Positions 44,602-57,586 of a DNA stretch of 64,000 nucleotides are shown here, one piece after another; position 1 is the stretch's first letter; the number at the start of each line of letters is the position of its first letter. The notes beneath the pieces were generated by a model, which worked only from the letters and a program-made list of their open reading frames with translations, was not told where the DNA came from and searched no databases. A program made the translations under genes and the position numbers. The stretch comes from Diplonema japonicum (taxonomy: Eukaryota > Protista > Euglenozoa: Diplonemea): positions 806,001-870,000 of the forward strand of contig OZ025653.1 of assembly GCA_964019335.1 (NCBI GenBank), given 5' to 3'.

Positions 44602-47600
44602 ATGGAGGCCGAGAGGGGCGTAGTAGAAGAACTGGTCGCCTCATTGCGTGTGTTGGGAGTTGTCCCGAAGCCATCGGAACTCGACGTTGACAGCAAAAAG
44701 GCGCTGAGGGCTTTGAAGGAGCTTTATACGTTGTTAAAGAAGGTCGTGGTGAAAATTGATGAAATCGGCACGGGGAGCTGGGAGCAAGTGTGCAGCAATG
44801 ACCTGATAGCTGCAAGGGGGTGTATGGAAGAGTTCATGAGCGAGTATGCGAAGCTACCTGACGAATGTGTCAGCATGCCTTCCTCTACACTGCTGCAGAA
44901 AACACTCTCAGATTTTTCATCCAAGATCAACATCTGCTTGTTGGCCCTGGACTCCCCTCTTGGAGACTGTCATTGGCAGCAACTCTTTGACACACGGGAT
45001 GAGCCTTATAGTAGTACATTCAATCTATCGCAACTCTTTGACGTACTTTGCGATCCTGAGTCCATCGAGATGTTGGAGTCATTAATCGTGATGTCGAAGA
45101 ATGACGAGTTGATGGAGAGCAAGATACACGAACTGAAAGAACAGATGCAATCGAAGTTAGTTCCTTTAAAAAACAATGAAATCAACATACCTGCCGTGCA
45201 CCAGCTGCTAGGCGACTTGTCAGACCTGAAGCGCAACCTACATGCGATTACGGAGGAGAAGTGTGGTCCGTCTGTTCTCAATCTGTGTGAGTCCACATTG
45301 GAGCTGGTTACCAAGATGAAGAATGTTGTGGACATGTGGTGCGACTTGGTCCAAACACTACGTGAAATCAAAGAGCTCCTAAAAAACCCTCGCGTTATGG
45401 CGGTCATGCAAAACGAGATAGAGATGCTCACAGATGCCGAGGTGGACCTCGAGGAAGTCACCAAAACGATGGCTGCTTGCGATAACAATCTGCTTTTCCC
45501 GCTCATCGAAAACGAGCACAGGAAAGATGAGTTAGAGGGTCACATCGAGGAGGGCCGTAGTAAGGTTCTGAAGGTGAAAGCGCGGCTTTCGGACACAGTC
45601 CTTGAAGTCTGTTCTCGCTTTCCGAAGTTTCACCTTCTTGATGAGCAAGTCTTGCTTCAGGTTATCACAGCAGGGAACGATGTAAATGTCATCCAACAGT
45701 TCCTCCCACTGCTGTTCCCTTCAATAACAAATTTTGTTACCAACGGGTCTGGGGGAAACCTCTCCATACTAGGCGTCGTTATGCACGAAGGGGAGCGGCT
45801 CATGTTTGAACAGCCGTTGCACGTACCTCATAATCACAAATTCACGGACTGGGTCGTTGACCTGCAGAAATGCATTGACGCAACCATAAAAAACCTTCTT
45901 GTTGACGTGACCCGCTACTCGACGCTTATCCGCGATGGCAAGGCTGTCATAGATATAGAGTATTTGAACCGCTTCCCAGGTGCACTAGCGTCCGTGGGTC
46001 TGTACTTAGCATGGACATCGCTTGTAGAAGGCTCTTTAGGCATAAGTCCCGTGATACGTTCCTCCCTCGTATCTGAGCACAGGACCAAGCCAGGGTTGGG
46101 TCCTATTGAGGGACAACAGGAGAATGCACCATGCAGATTCGCTCTGAACCGTCCCATGTCAGCCCAAAAGCAGCCTTCTCACAGGAGACCTGCCACAGCT
46201 GACCATCGACTGCGGCAACTGACTTCGACACAAGTGGCAGACTCTGTGATGGTATGAGAGATGCTAAACAAACAACACCGCCAGATCCGCCCTGGCTCCG
46301 CTGGCACGAAGACAAAGACTAAGAAAGAAGATGAAGACAAACCTACTAAATCGTATGCGACGAACATTTTTTGCACGTTGATACAGGAAGCGTCGGTCCT
46401 CTGCCAAAGCCGCGAGGGGGAAAAAGGTGATTACTGAAGAAAAAGCAAGCACCCAGAAAGCTAGTAGGAAAAGCGTGGCGAGGATGACTGCTGTGAGGCC
46501 TGGTTCGGGGCTGCGTTGTACTGAACTTACAGAAGGGTTTGTGAAATCGGGTAAAGTGTTCTTAGAAGAAGATGGGGCTAAGCAAGCCACATGTGGGTTA
46601 CCCGTTGGGGGAGCAGTGGCTGCAAGCAAGTGTAAATGGGTAACAAGTCTTGGCTCAACAGACGTGCACAACAAGCTGATGAATTTAATGAACCACTGCG
46701 TGTCCCTGACAAAAGGATACCTCCCGAAGATGAAGCGAGTTCAAATTGAGAGCATAATCAACCACTTAAACTACTTGATATCAATTTTGAAGTCTGACGA
46801 ACTGAAAAATGTTGAGTCGCCAGAGGACTTTGCGTGGCAAAGACAGCTACGTTTTTACAACTCAAAGCAAGTGAGCTGTTTAATTAAGATAGGCAGCGCT
46901 TGTTTGGACTTCGGAACAGAGCTGCACAGCTCGTACACAAGGAGCGTCATCACAGGCCAGACGTCCAGCATGTGGTTGCATTTGTCGCAAGCCATCTCGT
47001 TACACTTTGGAGCTGTGTTCAGGACACAGGACGTTGCTTGCATCGACAGCGTGCAAGACCTCGCTGCCATTGTCGCACGCTTTGTCCCTGTTTTGTCCTG
47101 TAGCGCCAAAGTGCAATCAACACAGCTTACGTCCTTCTTCATTGGTGTCATCCTCACAGGAAGCTGGGGCGTGTTAAAAGACGTCACTTCTTTAGATCTT
47201 GGAGTTCTGGCCACGGCGGGTGTGCTTTGTGACCGAATGCATGCGGCACAGAAGGGGTTTGTTAAAATCGGTGGTAGTACTCACAGAATGCGTCCTAGTG
47301 CAACAGTGTTCGCGACACTTTCAAATGAAGTTGGTGTGGCTTTACCTCCGGAGTTGCGCTCTCGTTTTAGAACTCTCAACATGCCTCCCCCGGACCTGAC
47401 TGCGACTGCTTACTCATTACTGGTCACTGCAGGTTTTGACAACCCTGAGATTACAGCTTCCAAGCTCGCAACTCTCCTGAAGCTCCTCGCGACCGTAACT
47501 GCAAAGAGCAGGCCCCAATACCTGTTTGAGCACCAGCTGTTGCGTATTATATTGCAAAAAGCAAGTTCGCTGTTGCGAAGGAAAACGACAAAACCTGACA

Positions 47601-50600
47601 AGCGGCACCGCATCCAGGATGTCGTTATCGTGAAGATCTTGAAAGAGGTTGTGCTATCCTTGTGCAGCTGCGATGATGTCAACGCGGTCAACGAAGCCAT
47701 CACAGACGTCTTCCCTGAGCAGTTGTCGCTTGTGTGTCATATTAAGATCAGCGAAGTTATGGCTTCTTGCATTCAACACAAGAAGATGTCGCCCAGCAAG
47801 CTCTGGTCGGAAAGAGTTCTTAGCATGTACGAGCTTCATTCATCAGTGAGGTCTCTACTCTTGTTGGGTGCTCCTTTCTGTGGCAAGACAACGGCACTTG
47901 ATGTCTTACGGAACGTGCTGGCTAATATTTGCTGCAACGAACAGACTGAAGTGCGCCTGTACCCTCATTCGTATAACCAAGCGGAGTTCTGGGGGTCACT
48001 GTCTGAAAGGTACGAGTGGGTTGAAGGGGTTTTCGTACTCGCCTTGCGAAAATTGGATAATAAAAGCTCGTGGCTGGTCCTCGATGGACCTTTCAACTTC
48101 GCAGAAGACATCCGCACCCTTCTGGCACCGCATGCCGTTTTCATGAAGGAGCCTCTACAAGCCCCTGTCCCGCTTTCGCACGTTACAAAATTTATCGTTG
48201 AAACCGACAGCGCCGCAGACGTCGCGCCCTCTGTGGTGTCAAGCTTCGGGATTGTTTACTTTGACACTGTTGTGCTTCCTTGGCTTGCGCATGTTGAGAG
48301 GATGCAGCGCAGTGCTTGTAACAAGATGGAAGAGGTGCTTGATGAGGTGAAAAAACTGTGCGGAAAATATTTTGAATCAGCTTGTAACTTCATCGCACGC
48401 CAGTGCGGGCATTTTGTGAACATATGTCATACTGTACATTCACTAGTCGCCTTGATTGAAGCAATGCTCGGTACCCCCAATGCACGGATTAGCACGCTTG
48501 CCGTCGTGCGATGCTTCTGGTGGTGCCTGTCTTGGACATTGGCGGCATCCCTGCCGCGAAGTGCGAAGGAAGCCTTTTATCAAACGATCGTCAAACCAAA
48601 CATGAACGAGGCCATCCCCGACGACGTGACGCTTTTCGACTACTCCTTCGACCCACAGATCTCGGAATTCGTGCCCATGAATGGCATGGACAAGACAGAG
48701 GCATATGGTATTGGCCCACCGGACAAGCTTGCACAACAATGTATCCTGTCGCTCATTCAGCCAGCGCCTTACCTTCTCCAAGTTGCTCATTCACACGGCC
48801 TGAATGTGGTCCTCAACAGCATCAGCAGAGATGGAAAGACTACATTAGCTGAGCACCATTTACGAAATTCCAAAGAAAAATGGTTGAGAATGGGTTACGC
48901 CTCTAATTGCAACATCGGCGAGCTTAAATCCACGATAGGTGACAAGAAGCTGGTGCTTATTGATGACGTGAATGTAAATCAGAACCATCCTGTGGACGCA
49001 TTCTATGAGTTGCTGGCTTCCAGCGTGACACAGAAGTGGATATGTACATCTAGTACGCCTCATGGCACAACTCACCCGGCAAAGAGACTGCTCAGCAGGT
49101 TCGTACTAGTACATTGTTATTTGAACTCAGACGGCTGTAGTGATTCGTTCACTCCCCTGTTTAAGCAAACGCTTTCGCCTTCCTTGGGGAAAATACCAGA
49201 GCTTTTGTCCCCAATAACATTGAGGACAATGAAGTTACTATCTAACAGAGGGTGCGCTGTATTGAACGTGCAGGCAATAATGAAGGTCGTTGCTACTGTC
49301 GCTACAGCTAGTGAAGACTTAAACGCGAAGCAAGTCATCTCTCTGTGGAAGACATCTGTTGCAGATATGTGTCAAGCGCCTGATGAACGCGCAACTGAAT
49401 GCTGCACGCGTGCTCTTAATGAGTACCTCCCCGACCTCATCATGCCTAACAGCCAAACACACTTTCTTGCTGATTCGTCGCGCAGGCTGTCAGCTGCTAT
49501 TCCAGAGACAACTCCCTCATTATCTAAGCATGCGCCTCACCACCTACACCCTTCCCTGGTACAAACAGTCGCGGCCTTGTCGCGGCATCTTGTAAGGATG
49601 AATTCTCACATCGTACTTTGTGGCCCTCCCGGATCTGGAAAGAAGATGCTTGCTCGCACCACCGCAAAGCTGTTGGGAATGCACATCGTCGAAGGCCTGC
49701 CTCTTTGTCAGAGCCACACTGAGGCATACCATGCAGCAGCATCTGGCAAGCATGTTGTATTCCTTGTGTCGAATTATAGACAAGAGCAGTTGAACCTGAT
49801 CACGGATTTGATGCAAGGGCTCGTGGTGGGCGGACAAGAAGCAAAAACTCTTCAAGAAGAGTTAGTACAAACACACGGAGACTCTTCTGCTGCTTTAGTT
49901 AAACCAATCATCACGGACATTAAATATGAAGATAGCTGGAATCTTATAAAGCGCATGCTTGCAAACCACATCCACGTTGTTCTGTGCCACGAGGAACCAG
50001 TGCCCGAGCTGGAAAAACACGCCTCTGTTGTGGTGATCCCGCCACATACAGTGGAGGATGCCGAGTCTGTGGTGAGCCATGTTCTACAGGACAGTCATGG
50101 TGTTAGCATTGACCACAAAGCTCTTGGCACGGCTCTGGAAAAAATACACACCTGGGTACAATCGCAGTTGAAAAGAAACTGGAACCACACAGTACGTGCA
50201 ATCCCTAGGTTGCTAACCTTGGCTGCTCTGCAGATGAAGGAAATTCTAAGGTCTCAGCAAGCATACATTTCAGAGGCGGAGCACACAGCGAGACTTGCGA
50301 AGCCTCTTCTCAAGCACTCAACCCATTTGATGGAAGGAACGGGCACCATACCCAAGGCATTGATCCCAGAGTTACCTTACATTCACTTTCAAGGAAGTTA
50401 CATGACTGCTGAAGGGCAAGATGTGCCTGTGAGGCTTGTTTTCTTTATCGACCACACTGACAATCGAGTGGAGAACGTGCAATTTGCTGGCTATTTCACG
50501 TGCATGAATGAGCAACCTCTCTATTGTGTGCAGGGAATGGCAGACATTGAGACATGTGGTGCGGACCTCAGAATCGGTGCCTTCAAAGGCAGCTTGAACC

Positions 50601-53600
50601 ACGAAGAAGGTGAGTGGAAGTACAATGGCATCATCGAAGGGTACGACTTCACTGTCACAGAAGTAGTTCCTTTAGAACCGTCGCATGTGTGGTTGAGGGG
50701 GGAGTTTTCAACAGGGAAGGCGGTGGATCCACCAGGGGTTAGCGACGGTGCAGGAAGTACGACGAAGAAGGTACATGACTTAATAGAAGCTGAGAGGCAA
50801 CGTGTGTGGTCCAAGATGGCTGAATTAGCACCCAGTAGCATAGTGAGCGATGCATTCGTCGCTGCAACAACACTTGTTTACGGATCCAGTCTTCCGTCAG
50901 AATGCAGAGATATTCTGTTCGAGTTCGCAAAGCGTGTAGCGAAGGAGCACCTTGCAGAGGTCAGTCGTTGTGCTGACCGCTGGGGTGTTTATAGTGTGTA
51001 TTTGGGTGTTGGAACAGCAGAGGCAAACAATTTTTTGCTGACAGCTGTTACAAACAAACTCCCCCTTGGAACTGCTTGGTCTGATTTAGCTGTTGCCATG
51101 TCAACTGTGTCTCATGCTTCATCACCCGAGAATGGCAAACTGCGTGTCCCATACGTCTACGACCCGCACTATCTTCTCACACAATGGATACGACGAAGTG
51201 AGGAGATATTCCAGGAAGGCTTCTCTGATGTATTGTGCATGCAGGCAGATGACCCGACCCTAGACGGAGTGTTTATTGACGCTGTCAGAAGGGGAAGGAC
51301 GCTGCTCATCGAAGGTGTGCAAAGCGAGCATTGGGCGAAACTGGAACTCTTCTTGTCTCTGGAACTGGACACTTCGGTGGGTAAGGCTCGCTGCCGGCAT
51401 CCGCTTTTCACTGACGATTCGACTTACTCAGATAAGTTCAGAATGATCCTGATTGCAGATCCAAACATCAAGGACATCCTACCTTGTCTGCAGTCGCAGT
51501 GCACTTACTTCGACGCTTCACTGACAGGTTGTTCAGTCAAAAAACAGGTCGCGGAGATTCTTTGTAATTGCAACCAGGACTTTCATGCTGAGTTCGAGAA
51601 GCTTAATACGGAATTGGAGGTAGCAGGGGAAAAGCTCAAAATTGTAGAGAATCATTTTGCAAACTTGGAAGTGAACGCAGCCGAGACACCGCCACTTGAC
51701 TGGTACTACGGCGCTGAGGCTTCTGAAGTGTTACCCCTACTGCAAAATAACTCTGCAGCATATCATAAAATACGAGGCAAGTTGCGGGTTCACCGCGAAA
51801 GCGTTGAAGCGTCACAGAAGGAGTGGGCGCCCCTTATCTCCAGGCTCGTGTCCATGTACGAGGCTGCCAACCTCACTGCAAGTCTTGTGGAGTGCCGAAT
51901 GCCTATTGTGTCCCCGCTCAGACTACTCAGCTTGGTGGTGCACCTCGTGACAACAAAAGCTCCTGGTGAACGCGGGAAACATGACCTCTCAGAGCAGCTC
52001 CTTGCAAGCCTGTCGCAAATGATATTCAGAGCCACCCACGTTGATGATAGGTTGCTCCTTTCCGCCATCATGAGCATACAGCAGGAGCTGAGTGTCGAAG
52101 AGATTAAACCTGAGGGCATTGCATTTTTTGTGTCTTCGCTGGGGTCACGCAGTATAGAAGACCAATTAGCACACGAAAACAAGTGCAAGAACGATATTGA
52201 AATAATGTACGCACAGGAAATGAAAGTTTATCACGAGAAACAAGCTCTCCTCAAACAAGATGAGGAAGACGAAGAGCAGGAGAAAGGAAAGGCCAGACCC
52301 ACTTCAGCGAAGCCGAGAGCTAAAGGGAAAAAAACACAGGATCATCTGCAAATACCTCAGAAAAATCCCCTTCCCGTGACAGTCAAGCCTTCTTACAACT
52401 GGCTTTCGCACAGCACGTGGCTTTCTGTGCTGCGGCTGTCGGAGTTAGAAATTTTCAAAAAACTACGCGAAGCTATCCACGAGACTCAGCCTGCTGGTAA
52501 GATTTCGAAAGAACAAAAGTGGCTAGAATGGTTCAACACTTTGGGGAAAATTCCTGAGTATGAAAAGGTCCATTTGAGCAAATTCGAGAAGATGATGTTG
52601 GTGCTTGCCGCCCGTCCCGACAAAGCAGTTGGCTCTCTGCGAAAGTACTTCACTGACATATGCAAACATTTCGACCCGTACACACTCATCACACCGCTGG
52701 GTCCTGATGTCTACGCTTTGTCGCAGTACAATGTGCCCGTCACCTTCGTGCTTTCCGAGAACGACTCAGATGCCGAATGTCTGAGCTGCATAAACGGATT
52801 GGCACAGTCCAAGAAAGCAGTCTTGACTGACAGCGCATGCATCACCATGCAGCACGGAAGCGAGCAAGCTGCTCTCAGTAAGGCAAAGCAGGGCTTGGAA
52901 TCAGGTTCGTGGGTATTCCTTGCCAATACACACTGCTGCACTGCCACTTTCATGCGCGATCTTTCACTCTGTATCCGCGAGTTCCAGAATCCCAATAAGA
53001 ACTTCAGGCTATTCTTAACGTATCGTAGAAGCGGCACGAGCGAAGCAAATGTACCACAGTTCATAGCGAACTCGCTATGCATCGCCGGCAGTGGCTGTCG
53101 GGGGGTGAAGAACCTGATGACAACCCTCTACAAGGGTATAGAGGATAAAACACTGCATGCAATGAAGACTCTTGAATGGCAGAGGTTGCTGTTTGCTGTT
53201 ATGCTTGTAGTGGTAATTGCACACGAGAGAAGGTGTTTCATGACTGCCATGCAAAGGGACGCACCCGCTCCTGCGGACATAAACATTGCTGACGCACATC
53301 TTGTTGTTTCCGCACTACACCAGCACATGTCCACCTTGCGAGATGCCGACAAGCACAAAGAAGCCAAAATAGGTGTTACTTCATGGCGCATGGTGCGCCA
53401 CATTTTAACAGAGCTCCTTGGCTTGTCTCTATCTCAGGAAGAGGAACTTGTGATTAAGGCCCTTGTCGACTGGTGGGTGCATCCTGATGTGGTAAAACCT
53501 GGCATGAAAGTGTGCAAAGGGTTTACGATGCCTTCTGATGCGCAGTCCCTGAGTTCACACAGGCAGCTAATTGAGGCAATGCCCACTTCAGACTTCACAG

Positions 53601-54509
53601 AGTTATTCGGATTGCTACCAGGCTGCGAAGTACGTGCACAGCAAGTGCAGGTTGAAAGGATCAAGAAGAGTTTAAGTGCATCATTTCTGAACGATGTTGT
53701 GGCCCCTGATGTGGTACAAGCTTTTCTCAAGAAGCTGCCTGCAGGGTGGGACCCGTGTACCATAGAAGGCGTGCTTCGCCAAAAACCGTTGACGTGTCTT
53801 GCACAGCATCTTCATGTTGAGATGGTACGGTTAACTTCCTTCTTAGAAGATGTGCGCAGGGATGTTAACAGTGGTGCCTGCGAGATCCGTGATTGCGTGG
53901 TCAAGGATGAGTGGGTGCAGGGACATGGAACTCGGCTGATGTCCGAGTGGCTGCCTGCGGTGAACAATGCGAGAGAGCAGCTAGAGGCATGGAGAGTGGA
54001 AGGCGAGCCATCAAGTCCATTGCAGTTAAGTGGATTCTCAGATGCAGAAGGCTTGTTGCTGGCCCTACGCCGTGATGCTGCACGGGCATGGAATGTGAGC
54101 TTGTCTTCTGTCCAACTCCGTAACACAATAGTCAATGTTCTCCCTCCGAGGAAAGGGAAACCCCACCTCGACGGCATAGCTCTTACAGGTCTTTACTCCA
54201 GCGGTTGTAAGTGGGATACTGCTTCGAGGTTGTTAAAAGATGCTCAGTGCAAAGACTGGTGGGCTGATCCTGTTGCGAAATTCCCTCTGCTGCATATATT
54301 TGCAACCCAGGAGCCAGATACACTTCCCCTAAATTCTCTGGTCTCGTTGCCGCTGGTCACCAACACTTCCAAGGAGCCTGTTCTTTACGTGTCTCTGCCC
54401 TCGCAGAGGGAACCTAACTACTGGGTATTGAGGGATGCTCGTATCCTTTGCAGGTTTGTAGCCTCAACGCAACAACAAGCAAAACACATACAGACATGCG
54501 AGCAGATAG
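44602..54509 (+). CDS. Highly divergent dynein heavy chain-like protein (~3266 aa); exons 44602-46251, 46285-46352, 46387-54453, 54494-54509
   Basis: RFPKFHLL linker motif, FAWQRQLRFY, LPPELRSRFR, GAPFCGKTT, EWVEG, WLVLDGP, GPPGSGK, GSWVFLANTHC, NFRLFLT, ERRCF, ELFGL; introns of 33, 34 and 40 nt keep frame. Confidence 0.88.
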
Positions 54510-54650
54510 CTGTAAATACAGACTTTTTTTTTATGAATATTTCTAGACTCTTATGGATTCCTCCCTTCAGGTGCTTTCTAGCATCATGGGCAGCATCTAC
54601 ATCTTCCAGTTGTTCCATTTCCACTCGACACAAATCTCTCAGGGGTTAAT

Positions 54651-55547
54651 ATGTTACAGTACCTGTACAACTGGTCATCTGGGAATCGGACTGAGGGCCC
54701 CTCGACGAGGGTAAAGGACCTGGTTGCGGCACAGCAAGTATCACAGGAGCGGGAAAATGAAGAGCAACAGGTCTTTGGTAGAGTGCTGACTCCAAGCGAA
54801 AGGATGAATATTGGAACGAACAGTGTTTCTGTGTTGCCGACAGCCAAATCAGTGTCTAAAGAGGGGATGCAGCTTAAGGTTTTGGAGAAGGATGCACGCA
54901 AAAAAACCCGAACAGAGTGCATGCCGTGTTGTGCTCTTATGGGATGCCTCAAATTTGGTACACCTTTGTGCATAGCAGCGGGTATCATGGTGTTATCCGA
55001 CATTTCCCATAGGCGTCTTCCCCAGGCAAGGATCAAGTATCATGTTGCTGCAGTATTTGCGCCTTTCATAGTTAGCACTCTTGTCGGACATGCCACATTC
55101 ACCCATGCTTTTTATACCTTGAAACCAAGAGATGAGGGTAATCTACAGAGAGCCCTTGGGTACTACGCTGCAGGGTCGTTCTTGCTGACGTCTGTGCCAT
55201 TCCTCGGCTACCATGGCATACGGCATGTGCTCTTGCGGCCTAGAAATATTCTTAAGGCCAAGTACAATGCTAAGCTGTTTGCAAACCCAGCACCGTACAA
55301 AAAAGGCCAGCTCATTGGACTCTGGAAATCTCTTGGTGAAATAACAGCCTTAGAGTTTGGCGCATTTACGACATTCTACTCCGTTGTCTTCCCTTTGATT
55401 ATTTACTTGTTCAGTTTGATAGCGGGTGGCGACATCTACCTTACCACTAAAGGCAACGAGTATATATATTCTTGTGTGTCTCCAGACACTATAAACCACA
55501 TCGAGCGTGTGATGCAAGTGAGCCCCAAACCTCGGGCAGAGAGATAG
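54651..55547 (+). CDS. Hypothetical multi-pass membrane protein (298 aa)
   Basis: Long ORF with about 4 hydrophobic segments; CTCTCAG acceptor 8 nt before the ATG. Confidence 0.75.
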   Translation: MLQYLYNWSSGNRTEGPSTRVKDLVAAQQVSQERENEEQQVFGRVLTPSERMNIGTNSVSVLPTAKSVSKEGMQLKVLEKDARKKTRTECMPCCALMGCLKFGTPLCIAAGIMVLSDISHRRLPQARIKYHVAAVFAPFIVSTLVGHATFTHAFYTLKPRDEGNLQRALGYYAAGSFLLTSVPFLGYHGIRHVLLRPRNILKAKYNAKLFANPAPYKKGQLIGLWKSLGEITALEFGAFTTFYSVVFPLIIYLFSLIAGGDIYLTTKGNEYIYSCVSPDTINHIERVMQVSPKPRAER

Positions 55548-55702
55548 GAGAGATTGTATCAATGCTTGTGTGCTTTTCATTCACTTTAACTTCCTTTTTA
55601 AAAAGGTCGACGTCCGTGCCAAGTGCATTATTTTACCCTGAACCTAAACCCACACAGGAACGGGGTTGGGGCAGGGCTCATTTGGTTTCGCCGCATCAAC
55701 GA

Positions 55703-57032
55703 ATGTCAATGGAGAACGCCAACCTATCTACAGGTGGCTTGGAGGGATTGGTGAGCCCAGGGCTTGGTGCTTCAGATGCACCTGTGAGTACACCCTCGAA
55801 GCGTCAGAGTACGTCAAGTGTCACAAGCAGCAGTAGTAACAATGCGAACGAGAAAGATAACTACGAGTGGCAGAAAGTGCTGGGATACGGCAGCTACAGT
55901 AGGGTGGTGATGGCGGTGCACAAAAGCACCAACAAAACGTATGCCGTGAAAGTTGTCTCGAAGATGATGGTTGTGCGAGAGATGACGCTTCTGAATTGCG
56001 TGAAGAACGAACGCGACATCTTGAAGCAGTGCAATCACCCCAACATAATCAAACTAATCAAGACCTTCACGTCACCTGACGAGCTCTACTACGTAATGGA
56101 ATACGCGGGCGGCGGGGAGTTGCTTGAATTCATCAAAAAGGTCGGCAGATTCGATATCGAGATCCTACGTTCTGTGTCTGCCGAGATTGTCAATGGTCTT
56201 GAATACCTACACAGCAAGGGCATCGTCCATAGAGACCTGAAACCCGAGAACCTCTTACTTGACTCTACAAACCATATTAAGTTCATTGACTTTGGTACCG
56301 CCTTCTTGCAAACAGAGAAGGATCCCAAGCCGCCTGTGCAACCTCTCATGCGCGACAGCATTTCAAAGAATGGCAGTGTGAACCTCCCCGGGGAGGGCAA
56401 TGAAATAAGAGGACAGACGTTTTGTGGGACTTTCCAGTACATTTCTCCTGAGTTGCTGGACCAAGGAATCACCACCATGGCTTCCGACTTGTGGGCCATG
56501 GGCTGCATCATATTCCAAATGGCTGCAGGGCACCGTCCTTTCGACGGGTCAGTGATGCGGATATTCGAAAAGATCCGTTCACCTGAAAAACACCTCTCCT
56601 ATCCTCCTGACTTCCCGGTGCCTGTGCGTGCTTTGGTGGAAAAGCTGATTGTTAAAGACCCACAGCAAAGGCTTGGCGTGCCTGCTATGGGGGGCTATAA
56701 AGTTTTGAAGGGACATGAACTGTTTAAAAAAATAGATTTTGAGGCACTCCCAGAGCAAGAGCTGAACTACCAGTGGAAGTACTCAGCACCAGTGTGGGTA
56801 AGCGACGAAACAGTCATGACGTGCCGTGCTTGCCAATCGCAGTTCACGTTCACAAACCGCCGGCATCACTGCAGGAAGTGTGGTGACATATTTTGCAACT
56901 CATGCAGCAGTCACCAAACTTCTATCCCTGGTCTGTACCAGGGGAAGGTATGTTCTGTAAATCGTGACTAATTCAAAGGTTCGCGTGTGCAACAACTGCT
57001 ATCAAACACTTCGCAAGTCCACCTTGGCGTAA
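55703..57032 (+). CDS. PDK1: PDK1-like AGC kinase with C-terminal FYVE domain; intron 56948-56978
   Basis: LGYGSYSRV, HRDLKPENLLLD, DFGTA, TFCGTFQYISPELL, SDLWAMGCIIFQMAAG; FYVE WVSD...CRAC...RRHHCRKCG..FC..C and RVCNNC after splicing. Confidence 0.88.
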
Positions 57033-57586
57033 GGCGTGACAAAACGACAAATCGATAATCGCACACCGAAACAAACCTGTAGTGCAGGTTTCGTTCTGTG
57101 ATTCATTACCCTGTGGATGAATAGCTCATACAGGAGGCAGCTGGTGTTGAGCCAACCACGCTGCCGCACGCTCAATACATGCAACACTCTTACTATCCTA
57201 AGGTAGGTGTATAATATGAGTTTGTGCCATGCTGGCGGTGCTTATGATGAGTGTCCATCGCTAGCTGATGGCAAGCAGAGGTTTTGTTGGTTAGTTGTCG
57301 TTTCAGTTTTCTTTATGTTTTGGCCCTTTCGTCCCTGCTCTTATGTTTTACCTGACCCTAGAACGCAGAGCCTTTGGCAGCCGAACGATACACGTATTGT
57401 TGGTATTTCTGTAGTGAAGGCACGTCCTCTCCTCTGCATATGAGGACCGTTGTCAAGTAAGGTTTTACTTCTGGGGTGTAGGTTTGGGGCACTCCCCCCC
57501 CTTCCCGTATTCTTTCCCTTTCTGTATTATTATTCACGAGTACCTTGCTGCGTTGTACTTCGTTCAGGTCAGCTCGTTGGGTTACG

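Noticed and set aside
23979-54509. Functional Ca2+/flagellar operon (EF-hand GTPase, MLO, IQ protein, calpain, dynein)
   Set aside because: Interspersed with unrelated housekeeping genes; euglenozoan gene clusters are generally not functionally grouped and these classes are abundant.
57244-57355. C/D-box snoRNA candidate (ATGATGA...CTGA...CTGA)
   Set aside because: No terminal stem and no recognisable rRNA-complementary guide; likely 3' UTR.
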